From assembly GCA_023391105.1 (NCBI GenBank), contig JAEWBO010000025.1, positions 92,335-156,334 of the forward strand: 64,000 nucleotides of DNA, given 5' to 3'. The stretch comes from Bacillota bacterium. GTDB lineage: Bacteria > Bacillota > Clostridia > Christensenellales > SZUA-584. The notes beneath the pieces are model-generated. The model was not told the DNA's origin and did not search any database. It saw nothing but the letters and a program-made list of their open reading frames with translations. Each line of letters starts with the position of its first letter. Positions within the stretch are counted from its first letter, which is position 1. Shown piece by piece: positions 19,096-26,999 of this stretch. The translations under genes and the position numbers were made by a program.

Positions 19096-19871
19096 ATATT
19101 CTCGAAAGAAAGATGTTGGATGCGCTCACGGAGCTCAAAGAGAAGTATAACGTCTATGGCATTAAAGCTGAGTTCGAAGCCGAAGGGACCAGAACGGAAG
19201 ATCTGATTAAGCTCCAATATGTCGTGGCCAAAGCAGGGTTGAAAATATGTATGAAAATCGGTGGTTGTGAGGCGGTGCGAGACATCGATCAATGCAAGCT
19301 TTTTAATATTAATGCGGTGATGGCTCCGATGATTGAATCTGCCTTTGCGATGAAGAAATTCATTGGCGCTTGCAACAAGGTCTACAATGCGGAAGGGCAA
19401 TATGATAAAGTAGACAAAGTTGTCAACCTTGAGACAATCAATGCCTTTCATTGCATGGACGAGATTTTTGAGACTGGCAAGGGCTTTTTGGACTCGGTTG
19501 TGGTTGGCAGAGTCGATTTTTCTGCATCTTTAGGACTTTCACGCAGTGAAATCAACTCGGACATCGTATTGGATTACACAAGAAAAGTATGTGCAAAGGC
19601 AAAGGAATACGGCTATATATCGTCCTTTGGCGGCGGTGTGTCCGCTGAGGTTGTGCCCTTTGTTGAAGCAATGAAGGACGTTTTAGACCGTTTTGAGACA
19701 CGCAAGGTCATTTTCCCGATTGAGGATATTGGTAACAAGCCTGAGCTTGCCATAAATAAAGCGGTTGAATTTGAATATTATTACCTGAAAAATAAGTTCG
19801 ATTATTATTATGGTATGGCTTCCGAGGATGCGACAAGACTTAAAATGCTGGAAGAGCGAATGGATAAATAA
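19092..19871 (+). CDS. HpcH/HpaI aldolase / citrate-lyase-beta-like (PEP/pyruvate-domain superfamily) protein
   Basis: GIKAEFEAEGTRTEDL...INAVMAPMIESAFAMKKF...VVGRVDFSASLG resembles the HpcH-type (V/A)PM(V/I)ES motif. The family call is from memory and the substrate is unknown. ATGA overlap with the ThDP gene. Confidence 0.5.
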   Translation: MNILERKMLDALTELKEKYNVYGIKAEFEAEGTRTEDLIKLQYVVAKAGLKICMKIGGCEAVRDIDQCKLFNINAVMAPMIESAFAMKKFIGACNKVYNAEGQYDKVDKVVNLETINAFHCMDEIFETGKGFLDSVVVGRVDFSASLGLSRSEINSDIVLDYTRKVCAKAKEYGYISSFGGGVSAEVVPFVEAMKDVLDRFETRKVIFPIEDIGNKPELAINKAVEFEYYYLKNKFDYYYGMASEDATRLKMLEERMDK

Positions 19872-20521
19872 TGAGTATAGTTCGATATCATAATATCTTT
19901 TTTGACTTTGACGGAACCATTGCCGATTCCAGCCCCGGGATTATTGAGTGCGTGAAGCACGCGATTTCCTGCGCTGACATGGATTGTCCATGTGAGGAAA
20001 GTATCAAATCCATCATTGGTCCGACATTACCCACAATGATAAGGACGCTGTATCCGGATATTGATCAGAAACGGTTCGATATCATGTTTCGTGAGTATAG
20101 AGAGCATTATAAGACAGCAGGCGTCAGTGGTGTCGTGCTGTATGATGGGATAAACGAACTGTTGTGTGAGCTTCACCGACAAGGGAAAAGGCTGTTTGTT
20201 GTGTCATCAAAACCGCAGAAATATCTTCGGCAGATATGTGCGAACTGTTCGTTATCAGATTTGTTCGAGGATATAATCGGCGTGGATCTTACCACAGATC
20301 CTTTGAGCAAGACGAGGTTATTGGCTGATTTGCTGGAAGCCAATCAGGTAGATAAAAGCAGTTCAGTCATGGTGGGCGATACGATGTCTGATATTAAGGC
20401 CGCTCAGGAGAACGGAATAGACAGTATTGGTGTGACGTTCGGATTCGGTGCTTTTGAGGAGCCCTTTGTCCCCACATATTTATGCCATTCAGCAGATGAA
20501 TTGGCAGCGCTATTGAAATAG
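19871..20521 (+). CDS. HAD-IA family phosphatase (phosphoglycolate-phosphatase-like)
   Basis: FFDFDGTIADS (DxDGT motif I), VVSSKP (motif II), VGDTMSDIKAAQENG (motif III/IV). TAATG overlap with the preceding gene. Confidence 0.8.
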   Translation: MSIVRYHNIFFDFDGTIADSSPGIIECVKHAISCADMDCPCEESIKSIIGPTLPTMIRTLYPDIDQKRFDIMFREYREHYKTAGVSGVVLYDGINELLCELHRQGKRLFVVSSKPQKYLRQICANCSLSDLFEDIIGVDLTTDPLSKTRLLADLLEANQVDKSSSVMVGDTMSDIKAAQENGIDSIGVTFGFGAFEEPFVPTYLCHSADELAALLK

Positions 20522-20530
20522 AAAGGGTCA

Positions 20531-21490
20531 ATGCATATGAAAACGGTCAGTGTGGTTGTACCATGCTACAATGAGGAAGAAAACGTTATACCCATGTATG
20601 AGGCCATTCGGGCAACCATGACAGAATCGCTGCCGGAATATAACTATGAAATTATCTTTATTGATAACAAATCAAAGGACCGGACGAGGGATAAAATTCG
20701 CATAGCCTGTGAGCGGGATATAAATGTGAAGGCAATATTGAACGCAAAGAATTTCGGGCAGTTCAATTCTCCGTATTACGGCGTGACGCAGGCAACCGGT
20801 GATTGTGTCATTTTAATCAGCTGCGATTTTCAGGATCCTGTGGACATGATTCCAAAGTATGTGGCCGAGTGGGAAAATGGCTTTAAGATTGTGATTGGCA
20901 TCAAGACCACAAGCAAAGAAAACAGGATCATGTATTTCCTAAGGTCATGCTATTATAAGCTGGTCAAACGTATTTCTGAAGTGGAACAGATCGAACATTT
21001 CACGGGCTTTGGTCTTTATGATAAGGATTTTGTACGTGTTTTGGCCAAGCTGGAGGATCCGGCACCCTTTTTAAGGGGAATTGTCGCGGAGCTTGGCTAT
21101 GAGCGCAAAGAAATACCTTACGAGCAGGCCAAACGGCGTGCCGGAAAAACAAGTAATAACTTTTATAAGCTGTATGATGGTGCAATGCTTGGTATCACAT
21201 CATACTCAAAAGTGCCCTTGCGTATTGCGACCATGCTTGGTTTTATCTTCTCTGCTATCAGCCTTGTGGTAGCGCTTGTCTATTTTGTATTAAAGCTTAT
21301 TTACTGGGATCGTTTTCCCGCGGGCACAGCGCCTATTCTTATTGGTATATTTCTGATAGGGTCTATACAGATTTTCTTCATTGGATTATTGGGCGAGTAT
21401 GTGTTGAATATGAATACGAGGGTGATGAAAAGGCCGCTTGTGGTAGAGGAACAGCGGATAAATTTTGATAGTAAGCCGGAGGAAAAATGA
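20531..21490 (+). CDS. GtrB/CsbB/ArnC-type GT2 polyprenyl-phosphate glycosyltransferase
   Basis: VSVVVPCYNEEENV, IIFIDNKSKDRTRD, LISCDFQDP, and two C-terminal TM helices (LRIATMLGFIFSAISLVVALVYFV; APILIGIFLIGSIQIFFIGLLGEYV). An alternative ATG is at 20537. Confidence 0.85.
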   Translation: MHMKTVSVVVPCYNEEENVIPMYEAIRATMTESLPEYNYEIIFIDNKSKDRTRDKIRIACERDINVKAILNAKNFGQFNSPYYGVTQATGDCVILISCDFQDPVDMIPKYVAEWENGFKIVIGIKTTSKENRIMYFLRSCYYKLVKRISEVEQIEHFTGFGLYDKDFVRVLAKLEDPAPFLRGIVAELGYERKEIPYEQAKRRAGKTSNNFYKLYDGAMLGITSYSKVPLRIATMLGFIFSAISLVVALVYFVLKLIYWDRFPAGTAPILIGIFLIGSIQIFFIGLLGEYVLNMNTRVMKRPLVVEEQRINFDSKPEEK

Positions 21491-21554
21491 TATGGCGGAG
21501 TTGAGTAGAAAGAGGATGAATCGTTTTATTAAATAGGGTGTATCCTCGATTTTT

Positions 21555-21960
21555 GTGTAAACTCGAAAGAGCGTAAGAAAAAGCGTGAGCCGCACGACGG
21601 CTTACCCATCTTGGGTGCATAATAGCGGAAACGGCCGGGCATGTCAAGGGCGACCATTAGGTCGTATATTTTACCCATGACCTGTCCCTGCCGTTTCTGC
21701 TACTCAGGAAGCCTGTCTGCAAAGAATATCTCCAATTGCGAATGAATTGCCCCAATCTTTTCGACGTCCTGCCCATTTCTTTATGATATCCATCATGGCC
21801 AGATTCAGCATTTACAGCAGGCTATCGTCAGTCGGGAATACCGACTTGGCCTTGGTCCTCTGCGCAGCTGGCGGTTGAAATTCTCAATGGCATTCTTGGT
21901 GTAAATAAGCGTACGTACCTGCTTCAAAGCGGTGGACTCCATGATATGTTTCCGAACGTT
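21555..21960 (-). mobile_element. IS256-family (Mutator-type) insertion-sequence relic: terminal segment plus C-terminal transposase pseudogene
   Basis: The minus strand reads ...LIYTKNAIENFNRQLRR / TKAKSVFPTDDSLL*MLNLAMMDIIKKWAGRRKDWG / IHSQLEIFFADRLPE* (stop at 21700). This is the conserved C-terminus of IS256-type transposases, broken by at least 2 frameshifts and one in-frame TAA. Only about 85 of about 400 codons remain. Confidence 0.7.
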
Positions 21961-22085
21961 ACAGAACCATATATAACCACCAGTTTGGTTCCGGAACAGT
22001 ATCTGAAAGCATATTTAGATATTTTAACTGCGGTATTTATAATAAGCGCTATTCTGAAAAACCCGTGGAAATATGTATCCCCGAT

Positions 22086-22165
22086 ACTCGAAAGATGTAA
22101 GGAAAAGTAGAATTTTTATTGGACGGGCGAACCTCGCAATGGCTTACTCGTCTTGGGTTGGACTC
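22086..22165 (+). repeat. Second, diverged copy of the IS-end segment seen at 21561-21620
   Basis: actcgaaagaTGTAAGGAAAAG...ggcttacTCGtcttgggtTg matches actcgaaagaGCGTAAGAAAAAG...ggcttacCCAtcttgggtg at 21561-21617, in the same orientation. Confidence 0.5.
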
Positions 22166-22251
22166 GTTATCAGATTCGTTGCCCCAAGCAGATCCATGAA
22201 TTTCTCACGTATGATCCTTTACGATCCATTAGAAAATGCTATAGTCTGTTA

Positions 22252-24111
22252 TCATGGATTCCTTACATAATTACACAATTTATTAACATTGTCGATTGAA
22301 AATTCTTGCACAAGAATATATCCATTATCTTGAATGAATTGTTGTAAAAACTCCTGCATTTGTCTTTGTTTGCTTGCTTCGTCGTTTCTAAACAGATGTT
22401 CATGCCCAGCCATCACCCATTCTTTGATAAACATGATGCTGAGTACTTTTGGTTTTTTCTCTTGAATAGTTTGCATATCTTGTTCCAATGCAGCATCTGA
22501 AGAAACATCAAACCACTGAACATATGAATAAGTAAATGGCTTTCTGTCGGCAATTAAATAAAAGATCGGATTATGGGGGAACGTGAAAAGCAAATCTTCT
22601 TCGCTCAGATATTCTTGATAAAGTGAATATGTGCCCTCATACAGCGCTTCCGTACTACTGGATACCTTTAAACCTTTCAGGTATGGAACGTTATCAATTT
22701 CTTGTGTCATCGTATCGGTATTATACTCATACATTCCCCACCATGTATAAGGTATGATATTTTTATGGGAAACAAAAACACCAATCATAAGTCCGCACAA
22801 TAATATCAAAAATAGTTTAATTCGTTGCCTATAAGCATCTCCGACTAATTTAAATAGCAGAGCTGAAATAATCCCCAAGGCCAAACAAGTCTCTCCAATG
22901 CTTAACCCAGCAGATGTGCCAGCTCCGAAACCTAATGTGAGCACAACGCCTTGGAGAACGATAAAGGAGACTAACCAAGTGAGATCTTCATGCCTTCTTA
23001 TCTTTTTGATAAGGAATATCAAACTAATCACAAATAACACAATAATCACCACATATATTGTAATGGGCATATTATCCAAAATGATTAACTTGTTTAGATA
23101 ATAAGAAACATATAGCGAGATAAGTGTTAATGCGATTCCGGTACTGGTTATTGCTGCAAATGCAATGCCTATTATTGAATTAAACCTCTCATCTGAATCA
23201 TTTATAACTTTGAAGCTTTTAATTAGATAGGCGATGATAAGAGTTAATAATAAACAAAATATCTGGCATTTTAGCTGCAATATTGAAGGAACTAGTCGTA
23301 TGACCCAATCAAAAAGCACCGTAGCCATACCGCCTTTGGCAGCAAGCGCATTTGAAAAAGTACTTTGAATAAACGCATCAAGACTACCATTTAATAAAAG
23401 AAAACCAGCCTGAAAAACAATAGGAAGAGAAACGCTAAGTATATATATTACAAGGATACGTAAATATTTTTTTGACCGAAAGATAATAGACAAACATAAG
23501 ATGGACATAATTATAAATAGGACAAAAATTGCGCCGCTGCTTTGCCTTGTTAAAAAACTAAGACCAGAAAAAAAACCACAAAGCAAAGAATATAGATATA
23601 TCTTTCTTTTTCTGCCTTCTTTAAATAACCATATAATCATAAAGAGCATAAAAGCTGATAAGTACACAAACAGGTCAAATATTCTAATGTAATCATATGC
23701 AATAAATACGCTTTCGGATTGAAGAAAGAAGACCGATGTTAATGACGAAATCATAGAAATAAGCGGTGAGAACATCTTGTTAAATATTAGATAGAAAAGC
23801 GCGGAGATTGAAACAAATACTATAACCCCAAATAACCTTAGAGTTACGATATCGTAACCGAAAACTTTTGTAATTAATGTAATAACATAAGTATATATTG
23901 GTGTGAATAACAACTCAAAATCTTTATATGGTGATAACCCGCTATTTATACTTTTGGCATAAACCGAATACCAACCCTCACTTATTGGAAGAGTGTTCCT
24001 GTATGTTAACAACATATAAAATAGAGACACCAAAACTGATAAAACGAGGAAAATAGATTTATTGTGTTTTATAATATATGATATTGCTTTCTCTTTTGTA
24101 AAGCCGTTCAT
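22252..24111 (-). CDS. GT-C-fold membrane glycosyltransferase candidate (GT39/GT83, PMT_2/ArnT-like)
   Basis: 619 aa. More than 10 TM segments by eye, then a soluble C-terminal domain of about 170 aa. The first loop ISEGWYSVYAKSINSGLSPYKDFELLFTPIYTY resembles the (D/E)E..Y...A....G..PY.DF loop of PMT_2-type enzymes. It is the only large minus-strand gene in the locus and is about 30% GC. Confidence 0.65.
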   Translation of the reverse strand: MNGFTKEKAISYIIKHNKSIFLVLSVLVSLFYMLLTYRNTLPISEGWYSVYAKSINSGLSPYKDFELLFTPIYTYVITLITKVFGYDIVTLRLFGVIVFVSISALFYLIFNKMFSPLISMISSLTSVFFLQSESVFIAYDYIRIFDLFVYLSAFMLFMIIWLFKEGRKRKIYLYSLLCGFFSGLSFLTRQSSGAIFVLFIIMSILCLSIIFRSKKYLRILVIYILSVSLPIVFQAGFLLLNGSLDAFIQSTFSNALAAKGGMATVLFDWVIRLVPSILQLKCQIFCLLLTLIIAYLIKSFKVINDSDERFNSIIGIAFAAITSTGIALTLISLYVSYYLNKLIILDNMPITIYVVIIVLFVISLIFLIKKIRRHEDLTWLVSFIVLQGVVLTLGFGAGTSAGLSIGETCLALGIISALLFKLVGDAYRQRIKLFLILLCGLMIGVFVSHKNIIPYTWWGMYEYNTDTMTQEIDNVPYLKGLKVSSSTEALYEGTYSLYQEYLSEEDLLFTFPHNPIFYLIADRKPFTYSYVQWFDVSSDAALEQDMQTIQEKKPKVLSIMFIKEWVMAGHEHLFRNDEASKQRQMQEFLQQFIQDNGYILVQEFSIDNVNKLCNYVRNP

Positions 24112-24256
24112 GACTATTCTCCGTTTTTTACTTATAAATTGTTGAATTGATTATCGGTATAGTTTAAGATAACAATAAATACTAATGCAGAATATCAAAA
24201 AAGAAGATGATTCGTCAATATGCTGAGACGAAATATATAGATTATCCTATTTAATT

Positions 24257-25075
24257 ACATGGCTATTAGGTTAAGTCAGCAAACCGCTCAGGAGCTGACT
24301 GTGTCACTGTAAAAAGCAATCTGTCGAATACCCATACCTCTGCGATTGAACCGGTAACAGTACTCATCCAAGTAGCTCTGCAAGTGCTTTTCCCCTAAGC
24401 CGTGGAAAGTACCTGACACAAATGTCTTTGCATTGCTGACGATGATGTGCAGCCATTTAAAGCATATCCGAATCGGCATCAAAAATCCGATACTCGTGCC
24501 GATACTTTTCAGCTAACGGTCTCAACGACAATCTTGCTTTTCGTGGCTCCGCGGCTTCTTTTACCGCCTGTTTTGGATTTGCCAAGGTTCGTGTCATCCA
24601 GTTCAACTATCGCTTTGAGCAAATATCGGTTGTCCCGCTCAGCCATAGCGCTACGTATACGATGGAGCAAAAACCATGCTGTATTGTACGGTAGATTTAG
24701 CACCTGAGATAGCTGCATGGCCGAATACCCACGTTTATCACGGGATACCAAGTAGCTTGCAGAGAATATCTGTTTAAGCCGCGATGGCCGGATGGATTTG
24801 TATGCCCCGTTTGTGGTTGCCGAGAGTATTATCACATTACAACGCGTCACAAATATACGTGTAAGAGCTTCTGTCCATCACAGTACCGGCTGTCACAGAT
24901 GCCTGATATCGGCAGCATCCTCGGTATCCAACCGTCTTTGTATGTCCATCAACCCAACACGTTTTTTCGTTGCCATAGCTTTTTTTCCCTTTTCCGTTAC
25001 TATGGCAGCATTCTACACCCCACATTGGCCTTTTTTATGGACTTTGTCACAGATGATTCATCCTAATAGCCATGT
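24257..25075 (-). mobile_element. IS1595-family (ISXO2-like) element, internally deleted and rearranged, with intact terminal inverted repeats
   Basis: Perfect 14-bp inverted repeats: acatggctattagg (24257-24270) and cctaatagccatgt (25062-25075). The 819-bp interior holds only transposase fragments. Confidence 0.75.
24288..25025 (-). pseudogene. IS1595-family transposase pseudogene (fragments in several frames and on both strands)
   Basis: Minus-strand fragments: YLVSRDKRGYSAMQLSQVLNLPYNTAWFLLHRIRSAM...VELDDTNLG...GGKRSRG (24778->24509), the C-terminal GEKHLQSYLDEYCYRFNRR (24482->24288) and CRYQASVTAGT (24914->24882). The DDE core is missing. The zinc-ribbon REYLFKPRWPDGFVCPVCGC...YTCKS reads on the + strand (about 24767-24868). 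Confidence 0.7.
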
Positions 25076-25460
25076 TTAGTAATGTTTGTTACTGTTCTAA
25101 GTCCTGCTCAATATGGCAATTGGATTGAAATGGTGGCGAAATCGACAGTTATATCAAATATAAGTGTCATTGCGGTAAACTTTATACTATGTATAGAAGG
25201 TATGGTTGGGCTGATAAAAGCCATGCGGGAGAAAACGATTATGCAAAAATTTTGGATCGCATGACCTTTCGGTCTTTATAATGATGATTTTTAAACAAAC
25301 GGGAGTAAAAATTGCTTAAAGGAAATTCACATCATAAATTACCTAGGATAGAAACATAATAAAAATCAAGATTATGTTAATGATCATACTAATTTCTTGA
25401 TTAATAGGTCACACTGTTGTAAGATATAAGAAAACGTAACAGAAAAGAAATACTTTATTA

Positions 25461-26213
25461 TTGGAAAATGAGGATCGCTTGAATACTGCCGAAAAAAAGA
25501 GGATATCGGTTGCAATGGCAGCCTATAATGGTGAAAAATATCTTCCACAACAAATTCGTTCTATTATATCTCAATTGGGTCAACAAGATGAGCTCGTGGT
25601 GTCTGTGGATCCGTCAACAGATAATACAGAAGCCATTGCCAAGTCCTTTGCAGAAATAGATGTCCGTATCCATGTCATCAAAGGCCCGGGCATGGGCGTG
25701 ATCAAAAATTTTGAAAATGCGTTGAATCATGTTTCAGGCGAGTATATATTTTTATCCGATCAAGATGATGTATGGGATGAGAGAAAGTTTTCTGTTTGCT
25801 TGTCCGCCTTAAGCCAGAAGGCTGTAACGGCAGTTATTCACGATGCTGTTATTACGAGCGAAAATCTCGATGTTAAGCAAGGAACAATATTCAATGGCAA
25901 GTTCTATTCAGGAATATATCGGAACATCATAAGGAATCGTTATATTGGTTGCTGTATGGGTATAAAACGTAGCGTGCTAAGAGTAGCTCTTCCGTTTCCA
26001 GCAAATCTTCCAATGCACGATCAATGGCTTGGAATCGTTGCGAAAAGAATGGGAGAGGTAACGTTTGTGAATGCTCCATTAATTCAATACCGTCGACATG
26101 AGCAGACTGTTACTGGAAGAGACCGTGTAAAAATGTCGGTAAGACTAAAATGGAGATTTAATATCACCTTTGATTATATAAGACTCGGTGCAAAGGGGTG
26201 TGACAATGAATGA
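25461..26213 (+). CDS. Glycosyltransferase family 2
   Basis: RISVAMAAYNGEKYLPQQIRSIISQ...SVDPSTDNT...FLSDQDDVW. No in-frame ATG precedes the conserved N-terminus, so the start is TTG at 25461 or a nearby non-ATG codon. Confidence 0.8.
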   Translation: MENEDRLNTAEKKRISVAMAAYNGEKYLPQQIRSIISQLGQQDELVVSVDPSTDNTEAIAKSFAEIDVRIHVIKGPGMGVIKNFENALNHVSGEYIFLSDQDDVWDERKFSVCLSALSQKAVTAVIHDAVITSENLDVKQGTIFNGKFYSGIYRNIIRNRYIGCCMGIKRSVLRVALPFPANLPMHDQWLGIVAKRMGEVTFVNAPLIQYRRHEQTVTGRDRVKMSVRLKWRFNITFDYIRLGAKGCDNE

Positions 26214-26973
26214 AATTAAGGCACTGATTGTGATCTATAATCAATCATTGCGCGATAGTAAGACTTTTAATACGATAAAAGAAATACCAGGAATTGATCT
26301 TATTATTGCTGACAACAGTACGAAGGATTTTGGCAATGAAAATATTGCCAAACAATCTGGCTGCACCTATATATCTATGAACGGTAATGCGGGGTTGAGC
26401 AAAACATATAACAAAGTGCTGTCAACTCTTGATAAGCGCAGTGGTCTGATTTGCTTATTTGACGACGATGCGCAAGTGGGACAGAATTATTTTGACGCAC
26501 TTAAAAAGGCAGCAAATGAATATGCAGACATCAATATTTTTGTACCAATTGTAAAGGACAGGGTAGGAATACTCTCTCCCTGTATTATTAGAGGTATAAG
26601 CGTTTCCAGAGCAAAGAATGTTGATAGCATACCGCAAGATGCCATTTCCGTCATTAATTCCGGTTTAGCTATTCGGCTTAAGGTATTTGAGGACTATCAA
26701 TACGATGAAGGACAGTTTCTTGACTATATCGACCATGCGTTTATCAAAGATACCGTCAATCATGACAAGCGACAAATTTACATTATGGACAACGTTGAGA
26801 TCATACAACGTTTTTCGGGGAGTGAAAAAAGCAGTCGGGTTGCTGATAAAGCGAGATATATGATATTTAAAAAGGATGTTGAATACTTTTGCGAAAAATA
26901 TGGTATTTCCCGGTTAAGCTTGATAAAAGTTTTGCTCAGGCGAAGAGTTAGTCTTTTTATTAAATATCTATAA
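26206..26973 (+). CDS. Glycosyltransferase (GT2-like, ADNS...DDD type)
   Basis: ALIVIYNQS...IIADNSTKD...NAGLSKTYN...CLFDDDAQV...INSGLAIR...FLDYIDHAF. ATG at 26206 has RBS aaagggg and an 8-nt overlap with the upstream GT2. Confidence 0.75.
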   Translation: MNEIKALIVIYNQSLRDSKTFNTIKEIPGIDLIIADNSTKDFGNENIAKQSGCTYISMNGNAGLSKTYNKVLSTLDKRSGLICLFDDDAQVGQNYFDALKKAANEYADINIFVPIVKDRVGILSPCIIRGISVSRAKNVDSIPQDAISVINSGLAIRLKVFEDYQYDEGQFLDYIDHAFIKDTVNHDKRQIYIMDNVEIIQRFSGSEKSSRVADKARYMIFKKDVEYFCEKYGISRLSLIKVLLRRRVSLFIKYL

Positions 26974-26999
26974 ATATCAAGTAAGTATTTGGAGGTTTT

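Noticed and set aside
21561-21660. Possible 5' fragment of a group II intron (cgaaaga...gagccg... pattern)
   Set aside because: There is no GUGYG start, no domain V-like GAGCCGUAU...ACGGUUC element and no RT ORF. The position immediately beyond the IS256 transposase stop is better explained as the IS terminal region.
23568-23575. A8 tract inside the GT-C gene (also A8 at 30134-30141 and 41991-41998) as possible phase-variation switches
   Set aside because: The tracts are at the lower limit for slipped-strand mispairing. Two of the three sit at the extreme 3' ends of their genes, where a shift would change only a few residues. There is no evidence of length heterogeneity in a single sequence.
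25082-25264. 60-aa plus-strand ORF just outside the IS1595 relic
   Set aside because: It is short, has no RBS and no recognisable motif, and lies in non-coding promoter-proximal DNA upstream of the next GT gene.
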